DNA of 64,000 bases, taken from Antedon mediterranea. Its lineage: Eukaryota; Animalia; Echinodermata. Under the pieces are notes generated by a model, which saw nothing but the letters and a program-made list of their open reading frames with translations, was not told the DNA's origin and did no database searches. A program made the position numbers and the translations under genes. This document shows positions 53,501-64,000 of the stretch, piece after piece; within the stretch, counting starts at the first letter, position 1, and every line of letters begins with the position of its first letter. Location: contig NC_092675.1 in NCBI RefSeq assembly GCF_964355755.1, forward strand, positions 12,643,812 through 12,707,811, read 5' to 3'.

Positions 53501-55772
53501 GTTCTTCGAAAAAACCTGTTAACATAAAAACACCAAAGTGCTTAGAATAGCTTCAAATCGCATTTGGAGACGTTTTAGACCATTTTGTGATTTTTGAAAA
53601 AACTTGTTAACATAAAAACACCAAAGTGCTTAGAATAGCTTCAAATCACATTTGGAGACGTTTTAGACCATTTTGTGATTTTCGAAAAAACTTGTTAACA
53701 TAAAAACACGAAAGTGGTTAGAATAGCTTCAAATCGCATTTGGAAACGTTTTAGACCATTTTGTGATTTTCGAAAAAGATTGTTAACATAAAAACACCAA
53801 AGTGCTTAGAATCACAATATAAACCGTTTTAGACCATTTTGAGCATTTCGATAACAATTTTCACACAAAAACATCAAAGAGCACAAAATAGCTTAATATC
53901 GTATTTAAAAATGTTTTAGACCATTTTGAGCATTTAGATAAAACTTTTTCACACAAAACACCAAAGTGCTTAGAATAGCTTCAAATCGCATTTGGAGACG
54001 GTTTAGACCATTTTGTGATTTTGAAAAAACTTGTTAACATAAAAACACCAAAGTGCTTAGAATAGCTTCAAATCGCATTTGGAGACGTTTTAGACCATTT
54101 TGTGATTTTCGAAAAAACTTGTTAACATAAAAACACCAAAGTGCTTAGAATAGCTTCAAATCGTATTTGGAGACGTTTTAGACCATTTTGAGATTTTCGA
54201 AAAAACTTGGTTACACAAAAACATCAAAGTGCTTAAAATCACATTATAAACCGTTTTAGACCATTTTGAACATTTCGATAACACTTTTCACACAAAAACA
54301 TCAAAGAGCACAAAATAGCTTAATATCGTATTTAAAAACGTTTTAGACCATTTTGAGCATTTCGACAAAACTTTTTCACACAAAACACCAAAGTGCTTAG
54401 AATAGCTTCAAATCGCATTTGGAGACGTTTTAGACCAATTTGTGCATTTCGATGAAACTTGATTACACAAAAACATCAACGTGCTTAAAATCACATTATA
54501 AACCGTTTTAGACCATTTTGAGCATTTCGATAACACTTTTCACACAAAAACATCAAAGAGCACAAAATAGCTTAATATCGTATTTAAAAACGTTTTAGAC
54601 CATTTTGAGCATTTAGACAAAACTTTTTCACACAAAACACCAAAGTGCTTAGAATAGCTTCAAATCGCATTTGGAGACGTTTTAGACCATTTTGTGCATT
54701 TCGATGAAACTTGGTTACACAAAAACATCAAAGTGCTTAAAATGACATTATAAATCGTTTTAGACCATTTTGAGCATTTCGACAAAACTTTTTCACACAA
54801 AATACCAAAGGGCTTAGAATAGCTTCAAATCGCATTTGGAGACGTTTTAGACCATTTTGTGATTTTCGAAAAAACTTTTTAACATAAAAACACCAAAGTG
54901 CTTAGAATAGCTTCAAATCACATTTGGAGACGTTTTAGACCATTTTGTGATTTTCGAAAAAACTTGTTAACATAAAAACACGAAAGTGCTTAGAATAGCT
55001 TCAAATCGCATTTGGAAACGTTTTAGACCATTTTGTGATTTTCGAAAAAACTTGTTAACATAAAAACACGAAAGTGCTTAGAATAGCTTCAAATCGCATT
55101 TGGAAACGTTTTAGACCATTTTGTGATTTTCGAAAAAAATTGTTAACATAAAAACACCAAAGTGCTTAGAATCACATTATAAACCGTTTTAGACCATTTT
55201 GAGCATTTCGATAACAATTTTCACACAAAAACATCAAAGAGCACAAAATAGCTTAATATCGTATTTAAAAATGTTTTAGACCATTTTGAGCATTTAGATA
55301 AAACTTTTTCACACAAAACACCAAAGTGCTTAGAATAGCTTCAAATCGCATTTGGAGACGTTTTAGACCATTTTGTGATTTTTGAAAAAACTTGTTAACA
55401 TAAAAACACCAAAGTGCTTAGAATAGCTTCAAATCACATTTGGAGACGTTTTAGACCATTTTGTGATTTTCGAAAAAACTTGTTAACATAAAAACACGAA
55501 AGTGCTTAGAATAGCTTCAAATCGCATTTGGAAACGTTTTAGACCATTTTGTGATTTTCGAAAAAACTTGTTAACATAAAAACACGAAAGTGCTTAGAAT
55601 AGCTTCAAATCGCATTTGGAAACGTTTTAGACCATTTTGTGATTTTCGAAAAAACTTGTTAACATAAAAACACGAAAGTGCTTAGAATCACATTATAAAC
55701 CGTTTTAGACCATTTTGAGCATTTCGATAACAATTTTCACACAAAAACATCAAAGAGCACAAAATAACTTAA

Positions 55773-56319
55773 AGATGTATTGTCCCTTTGACTAATTCCA
55801 AAAAAATAAAAAATAAAAGATTTCGAAAAAAGGTGGGTCATTTTGAAGTATCATAATAGTTATTAACTATCACCAAAAATTTTTTGAAAAAAAAAAAATT
55901 TAACTGAAATACAGACGTGTTTTTGTTAAAAAAATAACTTTGACTTCCAGTCAAAGTTTTCAGTCAAAACATATCCCATAAGGAAACACGCTTGTTTGGC
56001 TACTCTGTATGCATAATCATAAAACTTCCTCATGATCTGTGTGAAATAACCTTCTTAACCGTGACGAGTTGTAAACAATCCTAATTTAGCATATGCATAA
56101 TGCGTACTCATGGTTTGAAATCTTTGTTTACTTTAGCTCGTGACGATTTTCCAAATGAAATGTAATCAAACTAATTTACCTGTTAATTACGTAAACTTGT
56201 TGTTTTTGGCTAAAATTTTCGACTTAAAGTGAATAACTTTAACATTACTTTGATATGGCCACTTTAAATTTAGAATATTTTGACCTTCATTTTTTTGTGT
56301 TTCAAGGGACAATACATCT
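55773..56319. mobile_element. Kolobok-like MITE E3, copy 2 (from segmental duplication)
   Basis: It appears identical to 46236-46782 at +9537, with the same flanking variant AAAATAACTTAA. The TSD is TTAA at 55769-55772 and 56320-56323. Confidence 0.92.
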
Positions 56320-59065
56320 TTAATATCGTATTTATAAATGTTTTAGACCATTTTGAGCATTTCGACAAAACTTTTTCACACAAAACACCAAAGTTCTTAG
56401 AATAGCTTCAAATCGCATTTGGAGACGTTTTAGACCATTTTGTGATTTCGATGAAACTTGATTACACAAAAACATCAAAGTGCTTAAAATCACATTATAA
56501 ACCGTTTTAGACCATTTTGAGCATTTCGATAACACTTTTCACACAAAAACATCAAAGAGCAAAAAATAGCTTAATATCGTATTTAAAAACGTTTTAGACC
56601 ATTTTGAGCATTTAGACAAAACTTTTTCACACAAACACCAAAGTGCTTAGAATAGCTTCAAATCGCATTTGGAGACGTTTTAGAACATTTTGTGTTTTTC
56701 GAAAAAAACTGTTAACATAAAAACACCAAAGTGCTTAGAATAGCTTCAAATCGCATTTGGAGACGTTTTAGAACATTTTGTGTTCTTCGAAAAAACCTGT
56801 TAACATAAAAACACCAAAGTGCTTAGAATAGCTTCAAATCGCATTTGGAGACGTTTTAGACCATTTTGTGATTTTTGAAAAAACTTGTTAACATAAAAAC
56901 ACCAAAGTGCTTAGAATAGCTTCAAATCACATTTGGAGACGTTTTAGACCATTTTGTGATTTTCGAAAAAACTTGTTAACATAAAAACACCAAAGTGCTT
57001 AGAATAGCGTCAAATCGTATTTGGAGACGTTTTAGACCATTTTGTGATTTTCGAAAAAACTTGTTAACATAAAAACACCAAAGTGCTTAGAATAGCTTCA
57101 AATCGCATTTGGAGACGGTTTAGACCATTTTATGATTTTGAAAAAACTTGTTAACATAAAAACACCAAAGTGCTTATAATAGCTTCAAATCGCATTTGGA
57201 GACGTTTTAGACCATTTTGTGATTTTCGAAAAAACTTGTTAACATAAAAAAACCAAAGTGCTTAGAATAGCTTCAAATCGTATTTGGAGACGTTTTAGAC
57301 CATTTTGAGATTTTCGAAAAAACTTGGTTACACAAAAACATCAAAGTGCTTAAAATCACATTATAAACCGTTTTAGACCATTTTGAGCATTTCGATAACA
57401 CTTTTCACACAAAAACATCAAAGAGCACAAAATAGCTTAATATCGTATTTAAAAACGTTTTAGACCATTTTGAGCATTTCGACAAAAACTTTTTCACACA
57501 AAACACCAAAGTGCTTAGAATAGCTTCAAATCGCATTTGGAGACGTTTTAGACCAATTTGTGCATTTCGATGAAACTTGATTACACAAAAACATCAAAGT
57601 GCTTAAAATCACATTATAAACCGTTTTAGACCATTTTGAGCATTTCGATAACACTTTTCACACAAAAACATCAAAGAGCACAAAATAGCTTAATATCGTA
57701 TTTAAAAACGTTTTAGACCATTTTGAGCATTTCGACAAAACTTTTTCACACAAAACACCAAAGTGCTTAGAATAGCTTCAAATCGCATTTGGAGACGTTT
57801 TAGACCAATTTTGTGCATTTCGATGAAACTTGATTACACAAAAACATCAAAGTGCTTAAAATCACATTATAAACCGTTTTAGACCTTTTTGAGCATTTCG
57901 ATAACACTTTTCACACAAAAACATCAAAGAGCACAAAATAGCTTAATATCGTATTTAAAAACGTTTTAGACCATTTTGAGCATTTAGACAAAACTTTTTC
58001 ACACAAAACACCAAAGTGCTTAGAATAGCTTCAAATCGCATTTGGAGACGTTTTAGACCATTTTGTGATTTTTGAAAAAACTTGTTAACATAAAAACACC
58101 AAAGTGCTTAGAATAGCTTCAAATCACATTTGGAGACGTTTTAGACCATTTTGTGATTTTCGAAAAAACTTGTTAACATAAAAACACGAAAGTGCTTAGA
58201 ATAGCTTCAAATCGCATTTGGAAACGTTTTAGACCATTTTGTGATTTTCGAAAAAACTTGTTAACATAAAAACACGAAAGTGCTTAGAATCACATTATAA
58301 ACCGTTTTAGACCATTTTGAGCATTTCGATAACAATTTTCACACAAAAACATCAAAGAGCACAAAATAGCTTAATATCGTATTTAAAAATGTTTTAGACC
58401 ATTTTGAGCATTTAGATAAAACTTTTTCACACAAAACACCAAAGTGCTTAGAATAGCTTCAAATCGCATTTGGAGACGTTTTAGACCATTTTGTGATTTT
58501 CGAAAAAACTTGTTAACATAAAAACACGAAAGTGCTTAGAATAGCTTCAAATCGCATTTGGAAACGTTTTAGACCATTTTGTGATTTTCGAAAAAAATTG
58601 TTAACATAAAAACACCAAAGTGTTTAGAATAGCTTCAAATCGCATTTGGAGACGTTTTAGACCAATTTGTGATTTTCGAAAAAACTTATCAACATAAAAA
58701 CACCAAAGGGTTTAGAATAGCTTCAAATCGCATTTGGAGACGTTTTAGACCATTTTGTGATTTTGAAAAAACTTGTTAACATAAAAACACCAAAGTGCTT
58801 AGAATAGCTTCAAATCGCATTTGGAGACGTTTTAGACCATTTTGTGATTTTCGAAAAAACTTGTTAACATAAAAACACCAAAGTGCTTAGAATAGCTTCA
58901 AATCGTATTTGGAGACGTTTTAGACCATTTTGAGATTTTCGAAAAAACTTGGTTACACAAAAACATCAAAGTGCTTAAAATCACATTATAAACCGTTTTA
59001 GACCATTTTGAGCATTTCGGTAACACTTTTCACACAAAAACATCAAAGAGCACAAAATAGCTTAA

Positions 59066-60119
59066 CACTTTGACTGCCAGAGGTTTTTCCAGTTAGAAAC
59101 TGCCACCGCCAGCGTTTTTAGCCCAATTCGATGTTTTTATTAAAGCTGATTGAAACCATGTATGTGATTTGATTTATATATAATTTAGACTAAAATAATC
59201 ATAAAGATTTTAGCTTTACAATGGTACCAAGAACGATTTTTAAATCGCAATATGTAAATTGTAATAGTAAAATGAAAGTAACCCACTTTTTGAATTTTTC
59301 GTAGTTTCGCGCAAGAAAGTCGAGATATTCGCGATTTTGTGCAAGACATCACAATATGAAAATATCGCCCGGTGAGATCAACAAACAACGAAAAAGTTAC
59401 TTACACGGCACCGATAGGCCTATAAAAACAAGTTATCACTATCGAAAAATGTATTACATTTTATAAATCATAAATCTTACATCAATGTTTCGCCAAAATC
59501 CACATAGTAAAGACACCAGGCCTAATTAACCAGGCCTAAAGTTGGTCCGGAACCGTTTTACGACTAGGGCTAGGCTAGCCTAGTACTACTAGCCTAGGCC
59601 TAGCTAGGAGATAGTAAACTGATGATAATAACCATACCATTTCCAAACAAGTTTGTTGCGTGAAACTCGGTCACTTTCAGTAAAACACCAAAACAATTAG
59701 GGTATACATACAATAATAAAATTAAAGACTTCATATTGAAAATGACTCCATTACTTTTTATTCAGATAACAAACAAACATGTCAATCCACAAAAACCTTT
59801 GTAATGCTTCGGCGGCATAGCTAGCGCGCGACCGATACACAATGCGCCAAGCCATCGGTCTACGCGCTACTGTGATGCGCGGTGTTTGTTATTTCGACAG
59901 GTACCATTTTGACAGTCGTTCGTAACCAGATTAGTTACTTTCAAATTGTAAAATATTGACGGTCCAGACCGAATATAGTGTTCATATTTATAGTATATAC
60001 CAATAATTAACCTATCTACCGGATTTCGTAAAAAAACGCGAAAAACGAAGATCTTCGTTTTTGGCAGTCAAGCGTTGTGTTTCCAAAAATGAAGATCTTC
60101 GTGTTTGGCAGTCAAAGTG
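59066..60119. mobile_element. piggyBac-like element E4, copy 2 (from segmental duplication)
   Basis: It appears identical to 49529-50582 at +9537. The TSD is TTAA at 59062-59065 and 60120-60123. Confidence 0.88.
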
Positions 60120-63100
60120 TTAATATCGTATTTAAAAACGTTTTAGACCATTTTGAGCATTTAGACAAAACTTTTTCACACAAAACACCAAAGTGCTTAG
60201 AATAGCTTCAAATCGCATTTGGAGACGTTTTAGACCATTTTGTGCATTTCGATGAAACTTGGTTACACAAAAACATCAAAGTGCTTAAAATCACATTATA
60301 AATCGTTTTAGACCATTTTGAGCATTTCGACAAAACTTTTTCACACAAAATACCAAAGTGCCTAGAATAGCTTCAAATCGCATTTGGAGACGTTTTAGAC
60401 CATTTTGTGATTTTCGAAAAAACTTTTTAACATAAAAACACCAAAGTGCTTAGAATAGCTTCAAATCACATTTGGAGACGTTTTAGACCATAAGTGCTTA
60501 GAATCACATTATAAACCGTTTTAGACCATTTTGAGCATTTCGATAACAATTTTCACACAAAAACATCAAAGAGCACAAAATAGCTTAATATCGTATTTAA
60601 AAATGTTTTAGACCATTTTGAGCATTTAGATAAAACTTTTTCACACAAAACACCAAAGTGCTTAGAATAGCTTCAAATCGCATTTGGAGACGTTTTAGAC
60701 CATTTTGTGATTTTTGAAAAAACTTGTTAACATAAAAACACCAAAGTGCTTAGAATAGCTTCAAATCACATTTGGAGACGTTTTAGACCATTTTGTGATT
60801 TTCGAAAAAACTTGTTAACATAAAAACACGAAAGTGCTTAGAATAGCTTCAAATCGCATTTGGAAACGTTTTAGACCATTTAGTGATTTTCGAAAAAACT
60901 TGTTAACATAAAAACACGAAAGTGCTTAGAATAGCTTCAAATCGCATTTGGAAACGTTTTAGACCATTTTGTGATTTTCGAAAAAAATTGTTAACATAAA
61001 AACACCAAAGTGTTTAGAATAGCTTCAAATCACATTTGGAGACGTTTTAGACCAATTTGTGATTTTCGAAAAAACTTATCAACATAAAAACACCAAAGGG
61101 TTTAGAATAGCTTCAAATCGCATTTGGAGACGTTTTAGACCATTTTGTGATTTTCGAAAAAACTTGTTAACATAAAAACACGAAAGTGCTTAGAATAGCT
61201 TCAAATCGCATTTGGAAACGTTTTAGACCATTTTGTGATTTTCGAAAAAACTTGTTAACATAAAAACATGAAAGTGCTTAGAATAGCTTCAAATCGTATT
61301 TGGAGACGTTTTAGACCATTTTGTGATTTTCGAAAAAACTTGTTAACATAAAAACACCAATGTGCTTAGAATAGCTTCAAATCGCATTTTGAGACGTTTT
61401 AGACCATTTTGTGCATTTCGATGAAACTTGGTTACACAAAAACATCAAAGTGCTTAAAATCACATTATAAACGATTTTAGACCATTTTGAGCATTTCGAT
61501 AACACTTTTCACACAAAAACATCAAAGAGCACAAAATAGCTTAATATCGTATTTAAAAACGTTTCAGACCATTTTGAGCATTTCGACAAAACTTTTTCAC
61601 ACAAAACACCAAAGTGCTTAGAATAGCTTCAAATCGCATTTGGAGACGTTTTAGACCATTTTGTGATTTTCGAAAAAACTTGTTAACATAAAAACATCAA
61701 AGTGTACAGAATAACTTCAAATCGCATTTGGAGACCGTTTTAGGCCAATTTGTGATTTTCGAAAAAACTTGTTAACCTAAAAATACCAAAGTGTTTAGAA
61801 TAGCTTCAAATCGCATTTGGAGACGTTTTAGACCATTTTGTGATTTTCGAAAAAACTTGTTAACATAAAAACACCAAAGTGCTTCAAATCGCATTTGGAG
61901 ACATTTTAGACCAATTTGTGATTTTTGAAAAAACTTGTTAACATAAAAACACCAAAGTGCTTACAATAGCTTCAAATCGTATTTGGAGACGTTTTAGACC
62001 ATTTTGTGATTTTCGAAAAAACTTGTTAACATAAAAACACCAAAGTACTTAGAATAGCTTCAAATCGCATTTGGAGACGTTTTAGACCATTTTATGCATT
62101 TCGATGAAACTTGGTTACACAAAAACATCAATGTGCTTAAAATCACATTATAATCCGTTTTAGACCATTTTGAGCATTTCGATAACACTTTTCACACAAA
62201 AACATCAAAGAGCACAAAATAGCTTAATATCGTATTTAAAAACGTTTTAGACCATTTTGAGCATTTAGACAAAACTTTTTCACACAAAACACCAAAGTGT
62301 TTAGAATAGCTTCAAATCGCATTTGGAGACGTTTTAGACCATTTTGTGATTTTCGAAAAAACTTGTTAACATAAAAACACCAAAGTGCTTCAAATCGCAT
62401 TTGAGACATTTTAGACCAATTTGTGATTTTTGAAAAAACTTGTTAACATAAAAACACCAAAGTGCTTACAATAGCTTCAAATCGTATTTGGAGACGTTTT
62501 AGACCATTTTGTGATTTTCGAAAAAACTTGTTAACATAAAAACACCAAAGTACTTAGAATAGCTTCAAATCGCATTTGGAGACGTTTTAGACCATTTTAT
62601 GCATTTCGATGAAACTTGGTTACACAAAAACATCAAAGTGCTTAAAATCACATTATAATCCGTTTTAGACCATTTTGAGCATTTCGATAACACTTTTCAC
62701 ACAAAAACATCAAAGAGCACAAAATAGCTTAATATCGTATTTAAAAACTTTTTAGACCATTTTGAGCATTTCGACAAAACTTTTTCACACAAAACACCAA
62801 AGTGCTTAGAATAGCTTCAAATCGCATTTGGAGACGTTTTAGACCATTTTGTGATTTTCGAAAAAAATTGTTAACATAAAAACATCAAAGTGTACAGAAT
62901 AGCTTCAAATCGCATTTGGAGACCGTTTTAGGCCAATTTGTGATTTTCGAAAAAACTTGTTAACCTAAAAATACCAAAGTGTTTAGAATAGCTTCAAATC
63001 GCATTTGGAGACGTTTTAGACCAATTTGTGATTTTCGAAAAAACTTATCAACATAAAAACACCAAAGGGTTTAGAATATCTTCAAATCGCATTTGGAGAC

Positions 63101-64000
63101 GTTTTAGACCATTTTGTGATTTTCGAAAAAACTTGTTAACATAAAAACACCAAAGTGCTTAGAATAGCTTCAAATCGCATTTGGAGACGTTTTAGACCAA
63201 TTTGTGATTTTCGAAAAAACTTATCAACATAAAAACACCAAAGGGTTTAGAATAGCTTCATTTGGAGACGTTTTAGACCATTTTGTGATTTTGAAAAAAC
63301 TTGTTAACATAAAAACACCAAAGTGCTTAGAATAGCTTCAAATCGCATTTGGAGACGTTTTAGACCATTTTGTGATTTTCGAAAAAACTTGTTAACATAA
63401 AAACACCAAAGTGCTTAGAATAGCTTCAAATCGTATTTGGAGACGTTTTAGACCATTTTGAGATTTTCGAAAAAACTTGGTTACACAAAAACATCAAAGT
63501 GCTTAAAGTCACATTATAAACCGTTTTAGACCATTTTGAGCATTTCGATAACACTTTTCACACAAAAACATCAAAGAGCACAAAATAGCTTAATATCGTA
63601 TTTAAAAACGTTTTAGACCATTTTGAGCATTTCGACAAAACTTTTTCACACAAAACACCAAAGTGCTTAGAATAGCTTCAAATCACATTTGGAGACGTTT
63701 TAGACCATTTTGTGATTTTCGAAAAAACTTGTTAACATAAAAACACGAAAGTGCATAGAATAGCTTCAAATCGCCTTTGGAAACGTTTTAGACCATTTTG
63801 TGATTTTCAAAAAAAAACTTTTTAACATAAAAACACGAAAGTGCTTAGAATCACATTATAAACCGTTTTAGACCATTTTGAGCATTTCGATAACAATTTT
63901 CACACAAAAACATCAAAGAGCACAAAATAGCTTAATATCGTATTTAAAAATGTTTTAGACCATTTTGAGCATTTAGATAAAACTTTTTCACACAAAACAC

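Larger units (their letters stand above)
41749..60822. repeat. Near-identical 9537-bp tandem segmental duplication (copy 1 about 41749-51285, copy 2 about 51286-60822) carrying elements E3 and E4
   Basis: A constant 9537-bp offset holds for TTTTAGGGCA (41884/51421), for both transposons and for three ORF pairs in the supplied track. The differences seen by eye are 43628 G/53165 T, 47953 G/57490 T and 50825 T/60362 C. Confidence 0.95.
1..64000. repeat. AT-rich satellite DNA array of 88/77/87-bp related monomers, head-to-tail, interrupted only by six mobile-element copies and running off both window ends
   Basis: Monomer A (88 bp, e.g. 753-840) has consensus AAAGTGCTTAGAATAGCTTCAAATCGCATTTGGAGACGTTTTAGACCATTTTGTGATTTTCGAAAAAACTTGTTAACATAAAAACACC. 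Monomer B (77 bp, e.g. 501-577) reads AAAGTGCTTAAAATCACATTATAAACCGTTTTAGACCATTTTGAGC... Monomer C (87 bp, e.g. 578-664) reads AAAGAGCACAAAATAGCTTAATATCGTATTTAAAAACGTTTTAGACC... All share the GTTTTAGACCATTTTG core. Satellite segments: 1-14950, 16325-20243, 20550-46235, 46783-49528, 50583-55772, 56320-59065, 60120-64000. Confidence 0.99.

Noticed and set aside
46236-56319. The two E3 copies as long terminal direct repeats of one composite transposon or LTR element
   Set aside because: The sequence between them is satellite plus E4 with no coding region, each copy has its own TTAA pair, and the duplication extends well beyond both copies.
32348-56535. Minus-strand ORFs of 60-82 aa such as MLSKCSKWSKT... 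and MCEKVLSKCSKW...
   Set aside because: These are chance read-throughs of satellite monomers, created by point variants or deletion junctions. Monomer lengths of 88 and 77 bp do not preserve frame.
55773-60119. Second copies of E3 and E4 as additional independent hits on the hotspot
   Set aside because: The identical 9537-bp offset and shared flanking variants show passive duplication, so they were not counted as separate events.
1-64000. CRISPR array (recurring GTTTTAGACC core resembles the start of type II repeats, GTTTTAGAGC)
   Set aside because: The intervening sequences are themselves repeated rather than unique spacers, there are no cas genes, and the inserted elements are eukaryotic types.

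Overview
This is eukaryotic (probably marine invertebrate) satellite DNA with no credible protein-coding gene. About 92% of the window is one head-to-tail, AT-rich tandem array of related monomers: A is 88 bp, B is 77 bp and C is 87 bp. These are arranged into higher-order repeats, including a recurring 16-monomer 1360-bp unit and a 1232-bp deletion derivative. Nested tandem duplications of 442 bp, 683 bp, about 3 kb, about 5 kb and 9537 bp overlie this. Four different non-autonomous mobile elements interrupt the array. Two are Kolobok-like TTAA elements with AG...CT ends (1374 bp and 547 bp), one is a piggyBac-like TTAA element (1054 bp), and one is a tRNA-derived SINE-like retroelement (306 bp). 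The 547-bp and 1054-bp elements each occur twice because of the 9537-bp duplication. The main observation is that all four independent insertions, plus an 18-bp deletion, fall on the same TTAA of the C monomer (AAAATAGC-TTAA-TATCG), although the array has several other, more abundant TTAA sites. All coordinates and counts were read by hand, and no database search was possible.
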